Origin: Auanema rhodensis | Taxonomy: Eukaryota; Animalia; Nematoda | Assembly: GCA_964057225.1 (NCBI GenBank) | Contig: OZ059896.1 | Span: forward strand, 11,966,001-12,030,000 | Length of the DNA: 64,000 bases | Direction: 5' to 3' | In this document: positions 33,801 through 48,404 of the stretch, piece by piece | Layout: each line of letters starts with the position of its first letter | Numbering within the stretch: position 1 is the stretch's first letter | Made by a program: the position numbers and the translations under genes | The notes under the pieces: generated by a model | Seen by the model: only the letters and a program-made list of their open reading frames with translations | Told to the model about the DNA's origin: nothing | Databases searched by the model: none

Positions 33801-36800
33801 TTAAAAAATATTTAAATTTCAATATTGTGATGCTCAAAAACTGAAACATTTAAATATTTTGTATTTTCTAAACCATTTCACTCCATCTCTTTCATTTAAT
33901 TCCATATTTTAAACAATTTTATATTTCTACCGCTATTTCATAATTTCATTTTTTAAATTTTTAATCATTAAAATACATTTAAATTTCAATATTGTGATGC
34001 TCAAAAACTGAAACATTTAAATATTTTGTATTTTCTAAACCATTTCACTCCATCTCTTTCATTTAATTCCATATTTTAAACAATTTTATATTTCTACCGC
34101 TATTTCATAATTTCATTTTTTAAATTTTTGATCATTAAAAAATATTTAAATTTCAATATTGTGATGCTCAAAAACTGAAACAGTTGAATATTTTGTATTT
34201 TCTAAACCATTTTACTCCATCTATTTTCTTTAATCCCATATTTTAAACAATTTTATATTTCTACCGCTATTTCATAATTTCATTTTTTAAATTTTTAATC
34301 ATCGAAAAACATTTAAATTTCACTATTGTGATGCTCAAAAACTGAAACATTTAAATATTTTGTGTTTTCTAAACCATTTCACTCCATCTCTTTCATTTTA
34401 TTCCATATTTTAAACAATTTTATATTTCTACCACGAATTCATAACTTCATTTTTTAAATTTTTGATCATTAAAAAACATTTAAATTTCAATATTGTGATG
34501 CTCAAAAACTGAAACAGGTGAATATTTTGTATTTTCTAAACCATTTTACTCCATCGCTTTTATTTAATTCCATATTTTGAACAATTTTATATTTCTACCA
34601 CGAATTCATAACTTCATTTTTTAAATTTTTAATCATTAAAAAACATTTAAATTTCAATATTGTGATGCTCAAAAACTGAAATATTTAAATATTTTGTATT
34701 TTCTAAACCATTTCACTCCATCTCTTTCATTTAATTCCATATTTTAAACAATTTTATATTTCTACCGCTATTTCATAATTTCATTTTTTAAATTTTTAAT
34801 CATTAAAAAACATTTAAATTTCAATATTGTGATGCTCAAAAACTGAAACATTTAAATATTTTGTATTTTCTAAACCATTTTACTCCATCTATTTTCTTTA
34901 ATCCCATATTTTAAACAATTTTATATTTCTACCACGAATTCATATTTTCATTTTTTAAATTTTTAATCATTAAAAAACATTTAAATTTCAATATTGTGAT
35001 GCTCAAAAACTGAAACAGTTGAATATTTTGTATTTTCTAAACCATTTTACTCCATCTATTTTCTTTAATCCCATATTTTAAACAATTTTATATTTCTACC
35101 GCTATTTCATAATTTCATTTTTTAAATTTTTAATCATCGAAAAACATTTAAATTTCACTATTGTGATGCTCAAAAACTGAAACATTTAAATATTTTGTGT
35201 TTTCTAAACCATTTCACTCCATCTCTTTCATTTTATTCCATATTTTAAACAATTTTATATTTCTACCACGAATTCATAACTTCATTTTTTAAATTTTTGA
35301 TCATTAAAAAACATTTAAATTTCAATATTGTGATGCTCAAAAACTGAAACAGTTGAATATTTTGTATTTTCTAAACCATTTTACTCCATCTATTTTCTTT
35401 AATCCCATATTTTAAACAATTTTATATTTCTACCGCTATTTCATAATTTCATTTTTTAAATTTTTAATCATTAAAAAACATTTAAATTTCAATATTGTGA
35501 TGCTCAAAAACTGAAACAGTTGAATATTTTGTATTTTCTAAACCATTTTACTCCATCTATTTTCTTTAATCCCATATTTTAAACAATTTTATATTTCTAC
35601 CGCTATTTCATAATTTCATTTTTTAAATTTTTAATCATCGAAAAACATTTAAATTTCACTATTGTGATGCTCAAAAACTGAAACATTTAAATATTTTGTA
35701 TTTTCTAAACCATTTCACTCCATCTCTTTCATTTAATTCCATATTTTAAACAATTTTATATTTCTACCACGAATTCATAACTTCATTTTTTAAATTTTTG
35801 ATCATTAAAAAACATTTAAATTTCAATATTGTGGTGCTCAAAAACTGAAACAGTTGAATATTTTGTAATTTCTAAACCATTTTACTCCATCGCTTTTATT
35901 TAATCCCATATTTTAAACAATTTTATATTTCTACCGCTATTTCATAATTTCATTTTTCAAATTTTTAATCATCGAAAAACATTTAAATTTCAATATTGTG
36001 ATGCTCAAAAACTGAAACATTTAAATATTTTGTTTTTTCTAAACCATTTCACTCCATCTCTTTCATTTGATTCCATATTTTAAACAATTTTATATTTCTA
36101 CCACAAATTCATAACTTCACTTTTTAAATTTTTGATCATTAAAAAATATTTAAATTTCAATATTGTGATGCTCAAAAACTGAAACATTTAAATATTTTGT
36201 ATTTTCTAAACCATTTCACTCCATCTCTTTCATTTAGTTCCATACTTTAAACAAATTTATATTTCTACCACGAATTCATAACTTCACTTTTTAAATTTTT
36301 GATCATTAAAAAATATTTAAATTTCAATATTGTGATGCTCAAAAACTGAAACATTTAAATATTTTGTATTTTCTAAACCATTTCACTCCATCTCTTTCAT
36401 TTAATTCCATATTTTAAACAATTTTATATTTCTACCGCTATTTCATAATTTCATTTTTTAAATTTTTAATCATTAAAATACATTTAAATTTCAATATTGT
36501 GATGCTCAAAAACTGAAACATTTAAATATTTTGTATTTTCTAAACCATTTCACTCCATCTCTTTCATTTAATTCCATATTTTAAACAATTTTATATTTCT
36601 ACCACGAATTCATATTTTCATTTTTTAAATTTTTAATCATTAAAAAACATTTAAATTTCAATATTGTGATGCTCAAAAACTGAAACAGTTGAATATTTTG
36701 TATTTTCTAAACCATTTTACTCCATCTATTTTCTTTAATCCCATATTTTAAACAATTTTATATTTCTACCGCTATTTCATAATTTCATTTTTTAAATTTT

Positions 36801-39800
36801 TAATCATCGAAAAACATTTAAATTTCACTATTGTGATGCTCAAAAACTGAAACATTTAAATATTTTGTGTTTTCTAAACCATTTCACTCCATCTCTTTCA
36901 TTTTATTCCATATTTTAAACAATTTTATATTTCTACCACGAATTCATAACTTCATTTTTTAAATTTTTGATCATTAAAAAACATTTAAATTTCAATATTG
37001 TGATGCTCAAAAACTGAAACAGGTGAATATTTTGTATTTTCTAAACCATTTTACTCCATCGCTTTTATTTAATTCCATATTTTGAACAATTTTATATTTC
37101 TACCGCTATTTCATAATTTCATTTTTTAAATTTTTAATCATTAAAAAACATTTAAATTTCAATATTGTGATGCTCAAAAACTGAAACATTTAAATATTTT
37201 GTATTTTCTAAACCATTTTACTCCATCTATTTTCTTTAATCCCATATTTTAAACAATTTTATATTTCTACCACGAATTCATATTTTCATTTTTTAAATTT
37301 TTAATCATTAAAAAACATTTAAATTTCAATATTGTGATGCTCAAAAACTGAAACAGTTGAATATTTTGTATTTTCTAAACCATTTTACTCCATCTATTTT
37401 CTTTAATCCCATATTTTAAACAATTTTATATTTCTACCGCTATTTCATAATTTCATTTTTTAAATTTTTAATCATCGAAAAACATTTAAATTTCACTATT
37501 ATGATGCTCAAAAACTGAAACATTTAAATATTTTGTGTTTTCTAAACCATTTCACTCCATCTCTTTCATTTTATTCCATATTTTAAACAATTTTATATTT
37601 CTACCACGAATTCATAACTTCATTTTTTAAATTTTTGATCATTAAAAAACATTTAAATTTCAATATTGTGATGCTCAAAAACTGAAACAGTTGAATATTT
37701 TGTATTTTCTAAACCATTTTACTCCATCTATTTTCTTTAATCCCATATTTTAAACAATTTTATATTTCTACCGCTATTTCATAATTTCATTTTTTAAATT
37801 TTTAATCATTAAAAAACATTTAAATTTCAATATTGTGATGCTCAAAAACTGAAACAGTTGAATATTTTGTATTTTCTAAACCATTTTACTCCATCTATTT
37901 TCTTTAATCCCATATTTTAAACAATTTTATATTTCTACCGCTATTTCATAATTTCATTTTTTAAATTTTTAATCATCGAAAAACATTTAAATTTCACTAT
38001 TGTGATGCTCAAAAACTGAAACATTTAAATATTTTGTGTTTTCTAAACCATTTCACTCCATCTCTTTCATTTTATTCCATATTTTAAACAATTTTATATT
38101 TCTACCACGAATTCATAACTTCATTTTTTAAATTTTTGATCATTAAAAAACATTTAAATTTCAATATTGTGATGCTCAAAAACTGAAACAGTTGAATATT
38201 TTGTATTTTCTAAACCATTTTACTCCATCGCTTTTATTTAATTCCATATTTTGAACAATTTTATATTTCTACCACGAATTCATAACTTCATTTTTTAAAT
38301 TTTTAATCATTAAAAAACATTTAAATTTCAATATTGTGATGCTCAAAAACTGAAACATTTAAATATTTTGTATTTTCTAAACCATTTCACTCCATCTCTT
38401 TCATTTTATTCCATATTTTAAACAATTTTATATTTCTACCACGAATTCATATTTTCATTTTTTAAATTTTTAATCATTAAAAAACATTTAAATTTCAATA
38501 TTGTGATGCTCAAAAACTGAAACAGTTGAATATTTTGTATTTTCTAAACCATTTTACTCCATCTATTTTCTTTAATCCCATATTTTAAACAATTTTATAT
38601 TTCTACCGCTATTTCATAATTTCATTTTTTAAATTTTTAATCATCGAAAAACATTTAAATTTCACTATTGTGATGCTCAAAAACTGAAACATTTAAATAT
38701 TTTGTGTTTTCTAAACCATTTCACTCCATCTCTTTCATTTTATTCCATATTTTAAACAATTTTATATTTCTACCACGAATTCATAACTTCATTTTTTAAA
38801 TTTTTGATCATTAAAAAACATTTAAATTTCAATATTGTGATGCTCAAAAACTGAAACAGTTGAATATTTTGTATTTTCTAAACCATTTTACTCCATCGCT
38901 TTTATTTAATTCCATATTTTGAACAATTTTATATTTCTACCACGAATTCATAACTTCATTTTTTAAATTTTTAATCATTAAAAAACATTTAAATTTCAAT
39001 ATTGTGATGCTCAAAAACTGAAACATTTAAATATTTTGTGTTTTCTAAACCATTTCACTCCATCTCTTTCATTTTATTCCATATTTTAAACAATTTTATA
39101 TTTCTACCACGAATTCATAACTTCATTTTTTAAATTTTTGATCATTAAAAAACATTTAAATTTCAATATTGTGATGCTCAAAAACTGAAACAGGTGAATA
39201 TTTTGTATTTTCTAAACCATTTTACTCCATCGCTTTTATTTAATTCCATATTTTGAACAATTTTATATTTCTACCACGAATTCATAACTTCATTTTTTAA
39301 ATTTTTAATCATTAAAAAACATTTAAATTTCAATATTGTGATGCTCAAAAACTGAAACATTTAAATATTTTGTATTTTCTAAACCATTTCACTCCATCTC
39401 TTTCATTTAATTCCATATTTTGAACAAATTTATATTTCTACCACGAATTCATAACTTCATTTTTTAAATTTTTAATCATTAAAAAACATTTAAATTTCAA
39501 TATTGTGATGCTCAAAAACTGAAACATTTAAATATTTTGTATTTTCTAAACCATTTTACTCCATCTATTTTCTTTAATCCCATATTTTAAACAATTTTAT
39601 ATTTCTACCACGAATTCATAATTTCATTTTTTAAATTTTTAATCATTAAAAAACATTTAAATTTCAATATTGTGATGCTCAAAAACTGAAACAGTTGAAT
39701 ATTTTGTATTTTCTAAACCATTTTACTCCATCTATTTTCTCTAATCCCATATTTTAAACAATTTTATATTTCTACCGCTATTTCATAATTTCATTTTTTA

Positions 39801-42800
39801 AATTTTTAATCATCGAAAAACATTTAAATTTCAGTATTGTGATGCTCAAAAACTGAAACATTTAAATATTTTGTGTTTTCTAAACCATTTCACTCCATCT
39901 CTTTCATTTTATTCCATATTTTAAACAATTTTATATTTCTACCACGAATTCATAACTTCATTTTTTAAATTTTTGATCATTAAAAAACATTTAAATTTCA
40001 ATATTGTGATGCTCAAAAACTGAAACAGTTGAATATTTTGTATTTTCTAAACCATTTTACTCCATCGCTTTTATTTAATTCCATATTTTGAACAATTTTA
40101 TATTTCTACCACGAATTCATAACTTCATTTTTTAAATTTTTAATCATTAAAAAACATTTAAATTTCAATATTGTGATGCTCAAAAACTGAAACATTTAAA
40201 TATTTTGTATTTTCTAAACCATTTCACTCCATCTCTTTCATTTAATTCCATATTTTAAACAATTTTATATTTCTACCGCTATTTCATAATTTCATTTTTT
40301 AAATTTTTAATCATTAAAAAACATTTAAATTTCAATATTGTGGTGCTCAAAAACTGAAACAGTTGAATATTTTGTAATTTCTAAACCATTTTACTCCATC
40401 GCTTTTATTTAATCCCATATTTTGAACAATTTTATATTTCTACCGCTATTTCATAATTTCATTTTTTGAATTTTTAATCATTAAAAAACATTTAAATTTC
40501 AATATTGTGATGCTCAAAAACTGAAACATTTAAATATTTTGTATTTTCTTAACCATTTCACTCCGTCTCTTTCATTTAATTCCATATTTTAAACTATTTT
40601 ATATTTCTACCACGAATTCATAACTTCATTTTTTAAATTTTTAATCATTGAAAAACATTTAAATTTCAATATTGTGGTGCTCAAAAACTGAAACAGTTGA
40701 ATATTTTGTAATTTCTAAACCATTTTACTCCATCGCTTTTATTTAATCCCATATTTTAAACAATTTTATATTTCTACCGCTATTTCATAATTTCATTTTT
40801 TAAATTTTTAATCATTAAAAAACATTTAAATTTCAATATTGTGATGCTCAAAAACTGAAACATTTAAATATTTTGTATTTTCTTAACCATTTCACTCCAT
40901 CTCTTTTATTTAATTCCATATTTTAAACAATTTTATATTTCTACCACGAATTCATAACTTCATTTTTTAAATTTTTGATCATTAAAAAACATTTAAATTT
41001 CAATATTGTGATGCTCAAAAACTGAAACAGGTGAATATTTTGTATTTTCTAAACCATTTTACTCCATCGCTTTTATTTAATTCCATATTTTGAACAATTT
41101 TATATTTCTACCACGAATTCATAACTTCATTTTTTAAATTTTTAATCATTAAAAAACATTTAAATTTCAATATTGTGATGCTCAAAAACTGAAACAGGTG
41201 AATATTTTGTATTTTCTAAACCATTTTACTCCATCGCTTTTATTTAATTCCATATTTTAAACAATTTTATATTTCTACCACGAATTCATAACTTCATTTT
41301 TTAAATTTTTAATCATTAAAAAACATTTAAATTTCAATATTGTGATGCTCAAAAACTGAAACATTTAAATATTTTGTATTTTCTAAACCATTTCACTCCA
41401 TCTCTTTCATTTAATTCCATATTTTAAACAATTTTATATTTCTACCGCTATTTCATAATTTCATTTTTTAAATTTTTAATCATTAAAAAACATTTAAATT
41501 TCAATATTGTGATGCTCAAAAACTGAAACATTTAAATATTTTGTATTTTCTAAACCATTTTACTCCATCTATTTTCTTTAATCCCATATTTTAAACAATT
41601 TTATATTTCTACCACGAATTCATATTTTCATTTTTTAAATTTTTAATCATTAAAAAACATTTAAATTTCAATATTGTGATGCTCAAAAACTGAAACAGTT
41701 AAATATTTTGTATTTTCTAAACCATTTTACTCCATCTATTTTCTTTAATCCCATATTTTAAACAATTTTATATTTCTACCGCTATTTCATAATTTCATTT
41801 TTTAAATTTTTAATCATCGAAAAACATTTAAATTTCACTATTGTGATGCTCAAAAACTGAAACATTTAAATATTTTGTGTTTTCTAAACCATTTCACTCC
41901 ATCTCTTTCATTTTATTCCATATTTTAAACAATTTTATATTTCTACCACGAATTCATAACTTCATTTTTTAAATTTTTGATCATTAAAAAACATTTAAAT
42001 TTCAATATTGTGATGCTCAAAAACTGAAACAGTTGAATATTTTGTATTTTCTAAACCATTTTACTCCATCGCTTTTATTTAATTCCATATTTTGAACAAT
42101 TTTATATTTCTACCACGAATTCATAACTTCATTTTTTAAATTTTTAATCATTAAAAAACATTTAAATTTCAATATTGTGATGCTCAAAAACTGAAACATT
42201 TAAATATTTTGTGTTTTCTAAACCATTTCACTCCATCTCTTTCATTTAATTCCATATTTTAAACAATTTTATATTTTTACCGCTATTTCATAATTTCATT
42301 TTTTAAATTTTTAATCATTAAAAAACATTTAAATTTCAATATTGTGGTGCTCAAAAACTGAAACAGTTGAATATTTTGTAATTTCTAAACCATTTTACTC
42401 CATCGCTTTTATTTAATCCCATATTTTAAACAATTTTATATTTCTACCGCTATTTCATAATTTCATTTTTTGAATTTTTAATCATTAAAAAACATTTAAA
42501 TTTCAATATTGTGATGCTCAAAAACTGAAACATTTAAATATTTTGTATTTTCTTAACCATTTCACTCCGTCTCTTTCATTTAATTCCATATTTTAAACAA
42601 TTTTATATTTCTACCACGAATTCATAACTTCATTTTTTAAATTTTTAATCATTAAAAAACATTTAAATTTCAATATTGTGGTGCTCAAAAACTGAAACAG
42701 TTGAATATTTTGTAATTTCTAAACCATTTTACTCCATCGCTTTTATTTAATCCCATATTTTAAACAATTTTATATTTCTACCGCTATTTCATAATTTCAT

Positions 42801-45385
42801 TTTTTAAATTTTTAATCATTAAAAAACATTTAAATTTCAATATTGTGATGCTCAAAAACTGAAACATTTAAATATTTTGTATTTTCTTAACCATTTCACT
42901 CCATCTCTTTTATTTAATTCCATATTTTAAACAATTTTATATTTCTACCACGAATTCATAACTTCATTTTTTAAATTTTTAATCATTAAAAAACATTTAA
43001 ATTTCAATATTGTGATGCTCAAAAACTGAAACATTTAAATATTTTGTATTTTCTAAACCATTTCACTCCATCTCTTTCATTTAATTCCATATTTTAAACA
43101 ATTTTATATTTCTACCACGAATTCATAACTTCATTTTTTAAATTTTTGATCATTAAAAAACATTTAAATTTCAATATTGTGATGCTCAAAAACTGAAAAA
43201 TTTAAATATTTTGTATTTTCTAAACCATTTCACTCCATCTCTTTCATTTAATTCCATATTTTAAACAATTTTATATTTCTACCACGAATTCATAAATTCA
43301 TTTTTTAAATTTTTAATCATTAAAAAACATTTAAATTTCAATATTGTGGTGCTCAAAAACTGAAACAGTTGAATATTTTGTATTTTCTAAACCATTTTAC
43401 TCCATCTATTTTATTTAATCCCATATTTTAAACAATTTTATATTTCTACCGCTATTTCATAATTTCATTTTTTAAATTTTTAATCATTAAAAAACATTTA
43501 AATTTCAATATTGTGATGCTCAAAAACTGAAACATTTAAATATTTTGTATTTTCTAAACCATTTCACTCCATCTCTTTCATTTAATTCCATATTTTAAAC
43601 CATTTTATATTTCTACCACGAATTCATAACTTCATTTTTTAAATTTTTAATCATTAAAATACATTTAAATTTCAATATTGTGGTGCTCAAAAACTGAAAC
43701 AGTTGAATATTTTGTAATTTCTAAACCATTTTACTGCATCTCTTTCATTTAATTCCATATTTTAAACAATTTTATATTTCTACCACGAATTCATAACTTC
43801 ATTTTTTAAATTTTTAATCATTAAAAAACATTTAAATTTCAATATTGTGGTGCTCAAAAACTGAAACAGTTGAATATTTTGTAATTTCTAAACCATTTTA
43901 CTCCATCGCTTTTATTTAATCCCATATTTTAAACAATTTTATATTTCTACCGCTATTTCATAATTTCATTTTTTAAATTTTTAATCATTAAAAAACATTT
44001 AAATTTCAATATTGTGATGCTCAAAAACTGAAACATTTAAATATTTTGTATTTTCTTAACCATTTCACTCCATCTCTTTCATTTAATTCCATATTTTAAA
44101 CAATTTTATATTTCTACCACGAATTCATAACTTCATTTTTTAAATTTTTAATCATTAAAAAACATTTAAATTTCAATATTGTGATGCTCAAAAACTGAAA
44201 CAGTTGAATATTTTGTATTTTCTAAACCATTTTACTCTATCTATTTTCTTTAATCCCATATTTTAAACAATTTTATATTTCTACCGCTATTTCATAATTT
44301 CATTTTTCAAATTTTTAATCATCGAAAAACATTTAAATTTCAATATTGTGATGCTCAAAAACTGAAACATTTAAATATTTTGTATTTTCTAAACCATTTC
44401 ACTCCATCTCTTTCATTTGATTCCATATTTTAAACAATTTTATATTCCTACCACGAATTCATAACTTCACTTTTTAAATTTTTGATCATTAAAAAATATT
44501 TAAATTTCAATATTGTGATGCTCAAAAACTGAAACATTTAAATATTTTGTATTTTCTAAACCATTTCACTCCATCTCTTTCATTTAATTCCATATTTTAA
44601 ACAATTTTATATTTCTACCACGAATTCATAACTTCATTTTTTAAATTTTTAATCATTAAAAAACATTTAAATTTCAATATTGTGGTGCTCAAAAACTGAA
44701 ACAGTTGAATATTTTGTAATTTCTAAACCATTTTACTCCATCGCTTTTATTTAATTCCATATTTTGAACAATTTTATATTTCTACCGCTATTTCAAAATT
44801 TCATTTTTTAAATTTTTAATCATTAAAAAACATTTAAATTTCAATATTGTGATGCTCAAAAACTGAAACATTTAAATATTTTGTATTTTCTTAACCATTT
44901 CACTCCATCTCTTTCATTTAATTCCATATTTTAAACAATTTTATATTTCTACCACGAATTCATAACTTCATTTTTTAAATTTTTGATCATTAAAAAACAT
45001 CTAAATTTCAATATTGTGATGCTCAAAAACTGAAACAGTTGAATATTTTGTAATTTCTAAACCATTTTACTCCATCGCTTTTATTTAATCCCATATTTTA
45101 AACAATTTTATATTTCTACCGCTATTTCATAATTTAATTTTTTAATTTTTAATCATTAAAAAACATTTAAATTTCAATATTGTGATGCTCAAAAACTGAA
45201 ACAGTTGAATATTTTGTATTTTCTAAACCATTTTACTCCATCTCTTTCATTTAGTTCCATACTTTAAACAAATTTATATTTCTACCACGAATTCATAACT
45301 TCACTTTTTAAATTTTTGATCATTAAAAAATATTTAAATTTCAATATTGTGATGCTCAAAAACTGAAACATTTAAATATTTTGTA
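24898..45385. repeat. 167-bp AT-rich satellite array, left arm (~123 monomers)
   Basis: TTATATTTCT recurs at 24901, 25068, 34921 and 44941, all exact multiples of 167. Diagnostic variants are ACCGCTATTTC/ACCACGAATTC and CAGTTGAA/CATTTAAA. Confidence 0.98.
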
Positions 45386-45560
45386 TTATATCCCATGTCT
45401 TAAGCTATTTATTTTCCAAATAACATATCTTCTCGGTAATCAATAAAACAAAAATTAACAGAAATCAACAGTATTTCGTAACACATTGTAAAATGAGCGT
45501 ATCATTACCCGTGGTGCTAACCAGTAATGACACGCCCCCTAACTAACACATAAACATCAG
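45385..45560 (+). repeat. DIRS left inverted terminal repeat (~176 bp)
   Basis: Reverse complement of 49622-49797; I saw no mismatches by eye. Confidence 0.95.
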
Positions 45561-45592
45561 TTTTATTTTCCGACATACGCTGATCGGTCGCT

Positions 45593-46318
45593 ATGCCGTC
45601 TTCACGGGAACCTTCAACTCCCCGTGATTTGGATTCTTCGTCTCATTATTCGCGTTCGCCTTCGCGAGAGCAAGATATTCGACGTTCACGTTCTAGATCC
45701 GTTTCGTCATCTAGATCCTGTTCACTATCTCTCAGGCCTTTCAAGCGCCAGAGGCCTTGTCCTCAACCTAGCTCTGTTCCTCTACCTCCTTCAACTCCAG
45801 CCTCCAAGGAACGACCGGTTATCTCGCTTGCGGAAGATCTTCTTACTAACTTTGAACATCTCGCAGCTGGTATTACTCTCCTTCCTTCGGACCGCTCATC
45901 ACTAATTCAAGAACTCCCTCGCCCGGAATCCATCTTAGCAGATCTCCCGGTGTTGGACTCTAAACTTCAAAATCTTTTGGATGGCTCAACGAGATCATTT
46001 CATAAAGTATCAGAACAGGAGTTACGAGGACTTTACGAAAACGAGTTACAAGTTCTGAATATCGTTACTATTATCCGTTTTCTCGGATCCAATGATGAAG
46101 GTGGCCCACTTTCTCCGAAAGTTGCTGGTTATCTCTCAATTCTGGAACGCTTTGTCAGTGCAAATCTGCGCACTTTCTTAGGAGCAACTCGAGAGCTTGC
46201 CCTTCTCAGAATGGGATTCTCTCGCCCTTCACAGAGCATGCCGAACTATCGTAAAGTTGGCCTTAGTTCGTCTTCCTCCTTTGATACGGTACTAGGAGTA
46301 AGTCACTCCGCCTTTTAA
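45593..46318 (+). CDS. DIRS Gag-like ORF1 (exon 1 of predicted Gag-Pol fusion)
   Basis: Ser/Arg/Pro-rich N-terminus followed by a helical region; first ORF after the ITR. Its stop lies inside the predicted intron 46298-46340. Confidence 0.85.
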   Translation: MPSSREPSTPRDLDSSSHYSRSPSREQDIRRSRSRSVSSSRSCSLSLRPFKRQRPCPQPSSVPLPPSTPASKERPVISLAEDLLTNFEHLAAGITLLPSDRSSLIQELPRPESILADLPVLDSKLQNLLDGSTRSFHKVSEQELRGLYENELQVLNIVTIIRFLGSNDEGGPLSPKVAGYLSILERFVSANLRTFLGATRELALLRMGFSRPSQSMPNYRKVGLSSSSSFDTVLGVSHSAF

Positions 46319-46340
46319 CCTTATATTATTTGTTTTACAG

Positions 46341-48404
46341 GCTCAGGCCGTGGAACTGTTTGGGCGAGCACTGCGAGCCGAACTGAGAAAACCTAACGAG
46401 GTTATGAAACACCGCTCGGAGCAATCTCAACGTCGTGTGGTACCATCGGACCGTAGACACACTGTTAATAGGAAAACTACTTCCCGCTCTGTTGCTCAAC
46501 GTACGAAGTTAGTTCCCTCCTTTTCTGCACGTTCATTAGCCAATCATTGTTCATTTTGGTTTTCTATTTCGTCTGATTTGTTCATTTTGCAATCAGTTAT
46601 TAATTATCGTTTACCATTTAACGGTTATCTACCTCCTTTGAGTAATTTTGATTCCTCGCTTAATAACTCGGTCTCTTCAAGAAACCTTGACTTATTGATA
46701 GTGGATATGCTGTCAGAAGGCACCATTAGACCTATTCAAAAAAATGAAAAGGTATTCTTATCCCCTGCTTTTGTTGTGCCCAAGAAAGATGGAGAGTTTC
46801 GCTTTATTTTGAATCTGAGACGACTCAATTCATATCTGCAGGACCTTCCCTTCAAGCTAGAATCAATTAAAGATGTATCACTATTGATACAACCATCGGA
46901 TTGGTTAGCTAAAATAGATTTTTCGTCTGCATATCATGCTGTTCCTATTGATCCAGAACATCAACCTTTCCTAGCTTTTCGAGCTGGAGGTTCTGGTTAT
47001 GTTTTTCAAGCCATGCCATTTGGCCTTAGTTCAGCTCCATTCACCTTTCATAAGATCGTTAGAGTCCTTGCTTCGTATTTACGAAGTAAAGGAGTTCGCA
47101 TTATTAACTATCTAGACGATTGGCTGTTTATTGGGTCATCTGTCACTCAAGTACAAGAGCATATTCAGTTAGCCTTGTGTTTATTCAAGCAATCTGGTTT
47201 CTCAGTTAACCACACTAAATCCATTTTAATCCCTACTCAAAGAATAGAATTTCTGGGAATCAATCTAAATGCCCAGGAAGGTACATGGTCAATACCAGTA
47301 TCAAAGTTAGATCGCATTCAAAATGCATTAGATCGGGTAAATAAACCAGACGCCACATTAAGATGTTTTGCATCCCTGTTGGGCTTATTGAACTTTACTG
47401 CTATTGTTCATCCCGAAATCAGTTTTTTCGTTCACTCTCTCCAACGTGCGCTAGGTGTGGTATCCTTGAAAGCTCTCTCTTCTTCCTTACACATTAACGA
47501 AAAGTTAAATAGATCGCGAGATTTGGACATAATCTTTCCTCAAGTTAAATTTATCTTGGAAACTGTAATGCATCTGCCTGTTTCGTTTTGTCCGTTTTCA
47601 CCTTCGATAACTATAACATCCGACGCTTCCTTGCGAGGATATGGAGGTTGTATGGACGGTCAACAAATTTCCGGAATCTGGTCTATTGAAGAAAAGAAAC
47701 TTCATATTAACTGGAGAGAACTGAGCGCTGCTTATAAAGCGGTTTCATTCTTCCTCAAATCTAAAAGTTACGTAGACGTGACCTTACTTCTTGATAACAT
47801 GTCGGCTATTGCTTATATTAACAAACGAGGAGGCACTCGTTCGGCTGAAGGCTCAGATATAGCCTTAAAGTTATGGGAATTTTGCACTGTCCGCGGTATC
47901 AGAATAAAAGCTTCTCATATTCCGGGACGACAAAATATTTCCGCCGACAAGTTATCGAGAGGACAGTTCTTAGATAGTGAGGAGTGGTCCTTACATGATG
48001 AAATCATTAAAGAAATATTCCTTGAATGGGGAACACCTAACATTGATCTGTTTGCTTCTTCAAATAATTTCAAATTAGATAGATATATTTCATACCTTCC
48101 AGACCCGGGAGCTTGCTTTATCAACTCCTTTGCCGTAAATTGGGCAGAAGTATCACAAGGATACGCTTACATTTTCCCTCCATTTTCAATGGTGGGGAAA
48201 GCAATAGCAAAGATTGTTCGAGATCGATGCAAAGCAATCTTAATAGCTCCGAACTGGACAAGTCAATATTGGTTCCCTACATTAAAGAAAATTCACAAGG
48301 AAGTACGGGTATTACAACACCCTTACCTCTTACGGAACCCAGTGGGAGAAGTTCACCCACTGTTGAAGAGCCACAACTTCCAGCTCTTAGCATGGAGAAT
48401 TTGA
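46341..48404 (+). CDS. DIRS reverse transcriptase / RNase H / adenine methyltransferase-like domain
   Basis: RT motifs FVVPKKDG..R.ILNL, KIDFSSAYH, MPFGLSSAP and YLDDWL. RNase H motifs TSDAS, HINWREL, LDN and ADKLSR. MT-like motifs IDLFAS..N, YIFPPF and APNW...WFP. Confidence 0.96.
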   Translation, partial: AQAVELFGRALRAELRKPNEVMKHRSEQSQRRVVPSDRRHTVNRKTTSRSVAQRTKLVPSFSARSLANHCSFWFSISSDLFILQSVINYRLPFNGYLPPLSNFDSSLNNSVSSRNLDLLIVDMLSEGTIRPIQKNEKVFLSPAFVVPKKDGEFRFILNLRRLNSYLQDLPFKLESIKDVSLLIQPSDWLAKIDFSSAYHAVPIDPEHQPFLAFRAGGSGYVFQAMPFGLSSAPFTFHKIVRVLASYLRSKGVRIINYLDDWLFIGSSVTQVQEHIQLALCLFKQSGFSVNHTKSILIPTQRIEFLGINLNAQEGTWSIPVSKLDRIQNALDRVNKPDATLRCFASLLGLLNFTAIVHPEISFFVHSLQRALGVVSLKALSSSLHINEKLNRSRDLDIIFPQVKFILETVMHLPVSFCPFSPSITITSDASLRGYGGCMDGQQISGIWSIEEKKLHINWRELSAAYKAVSFFLKSKSYVDVTLLLDNMSAIAYINKRGGTRSAEGSDIALKLWEFCTVRGIRIKASHIPGRQNISADKLSRGQFLDSEEWSLHDEIIKEIFLEWGTPNIDLFASSNNFKLDRYISYLPDPGACFINSFAVNWAEVSQGYAYIFPPFSMVGKAIAKIVRDRCKAILIAPNWTSQYWFPTLKKIHKEVRVLQHPYLLRNPVGEVHPLLKSHNFQLLAWRI

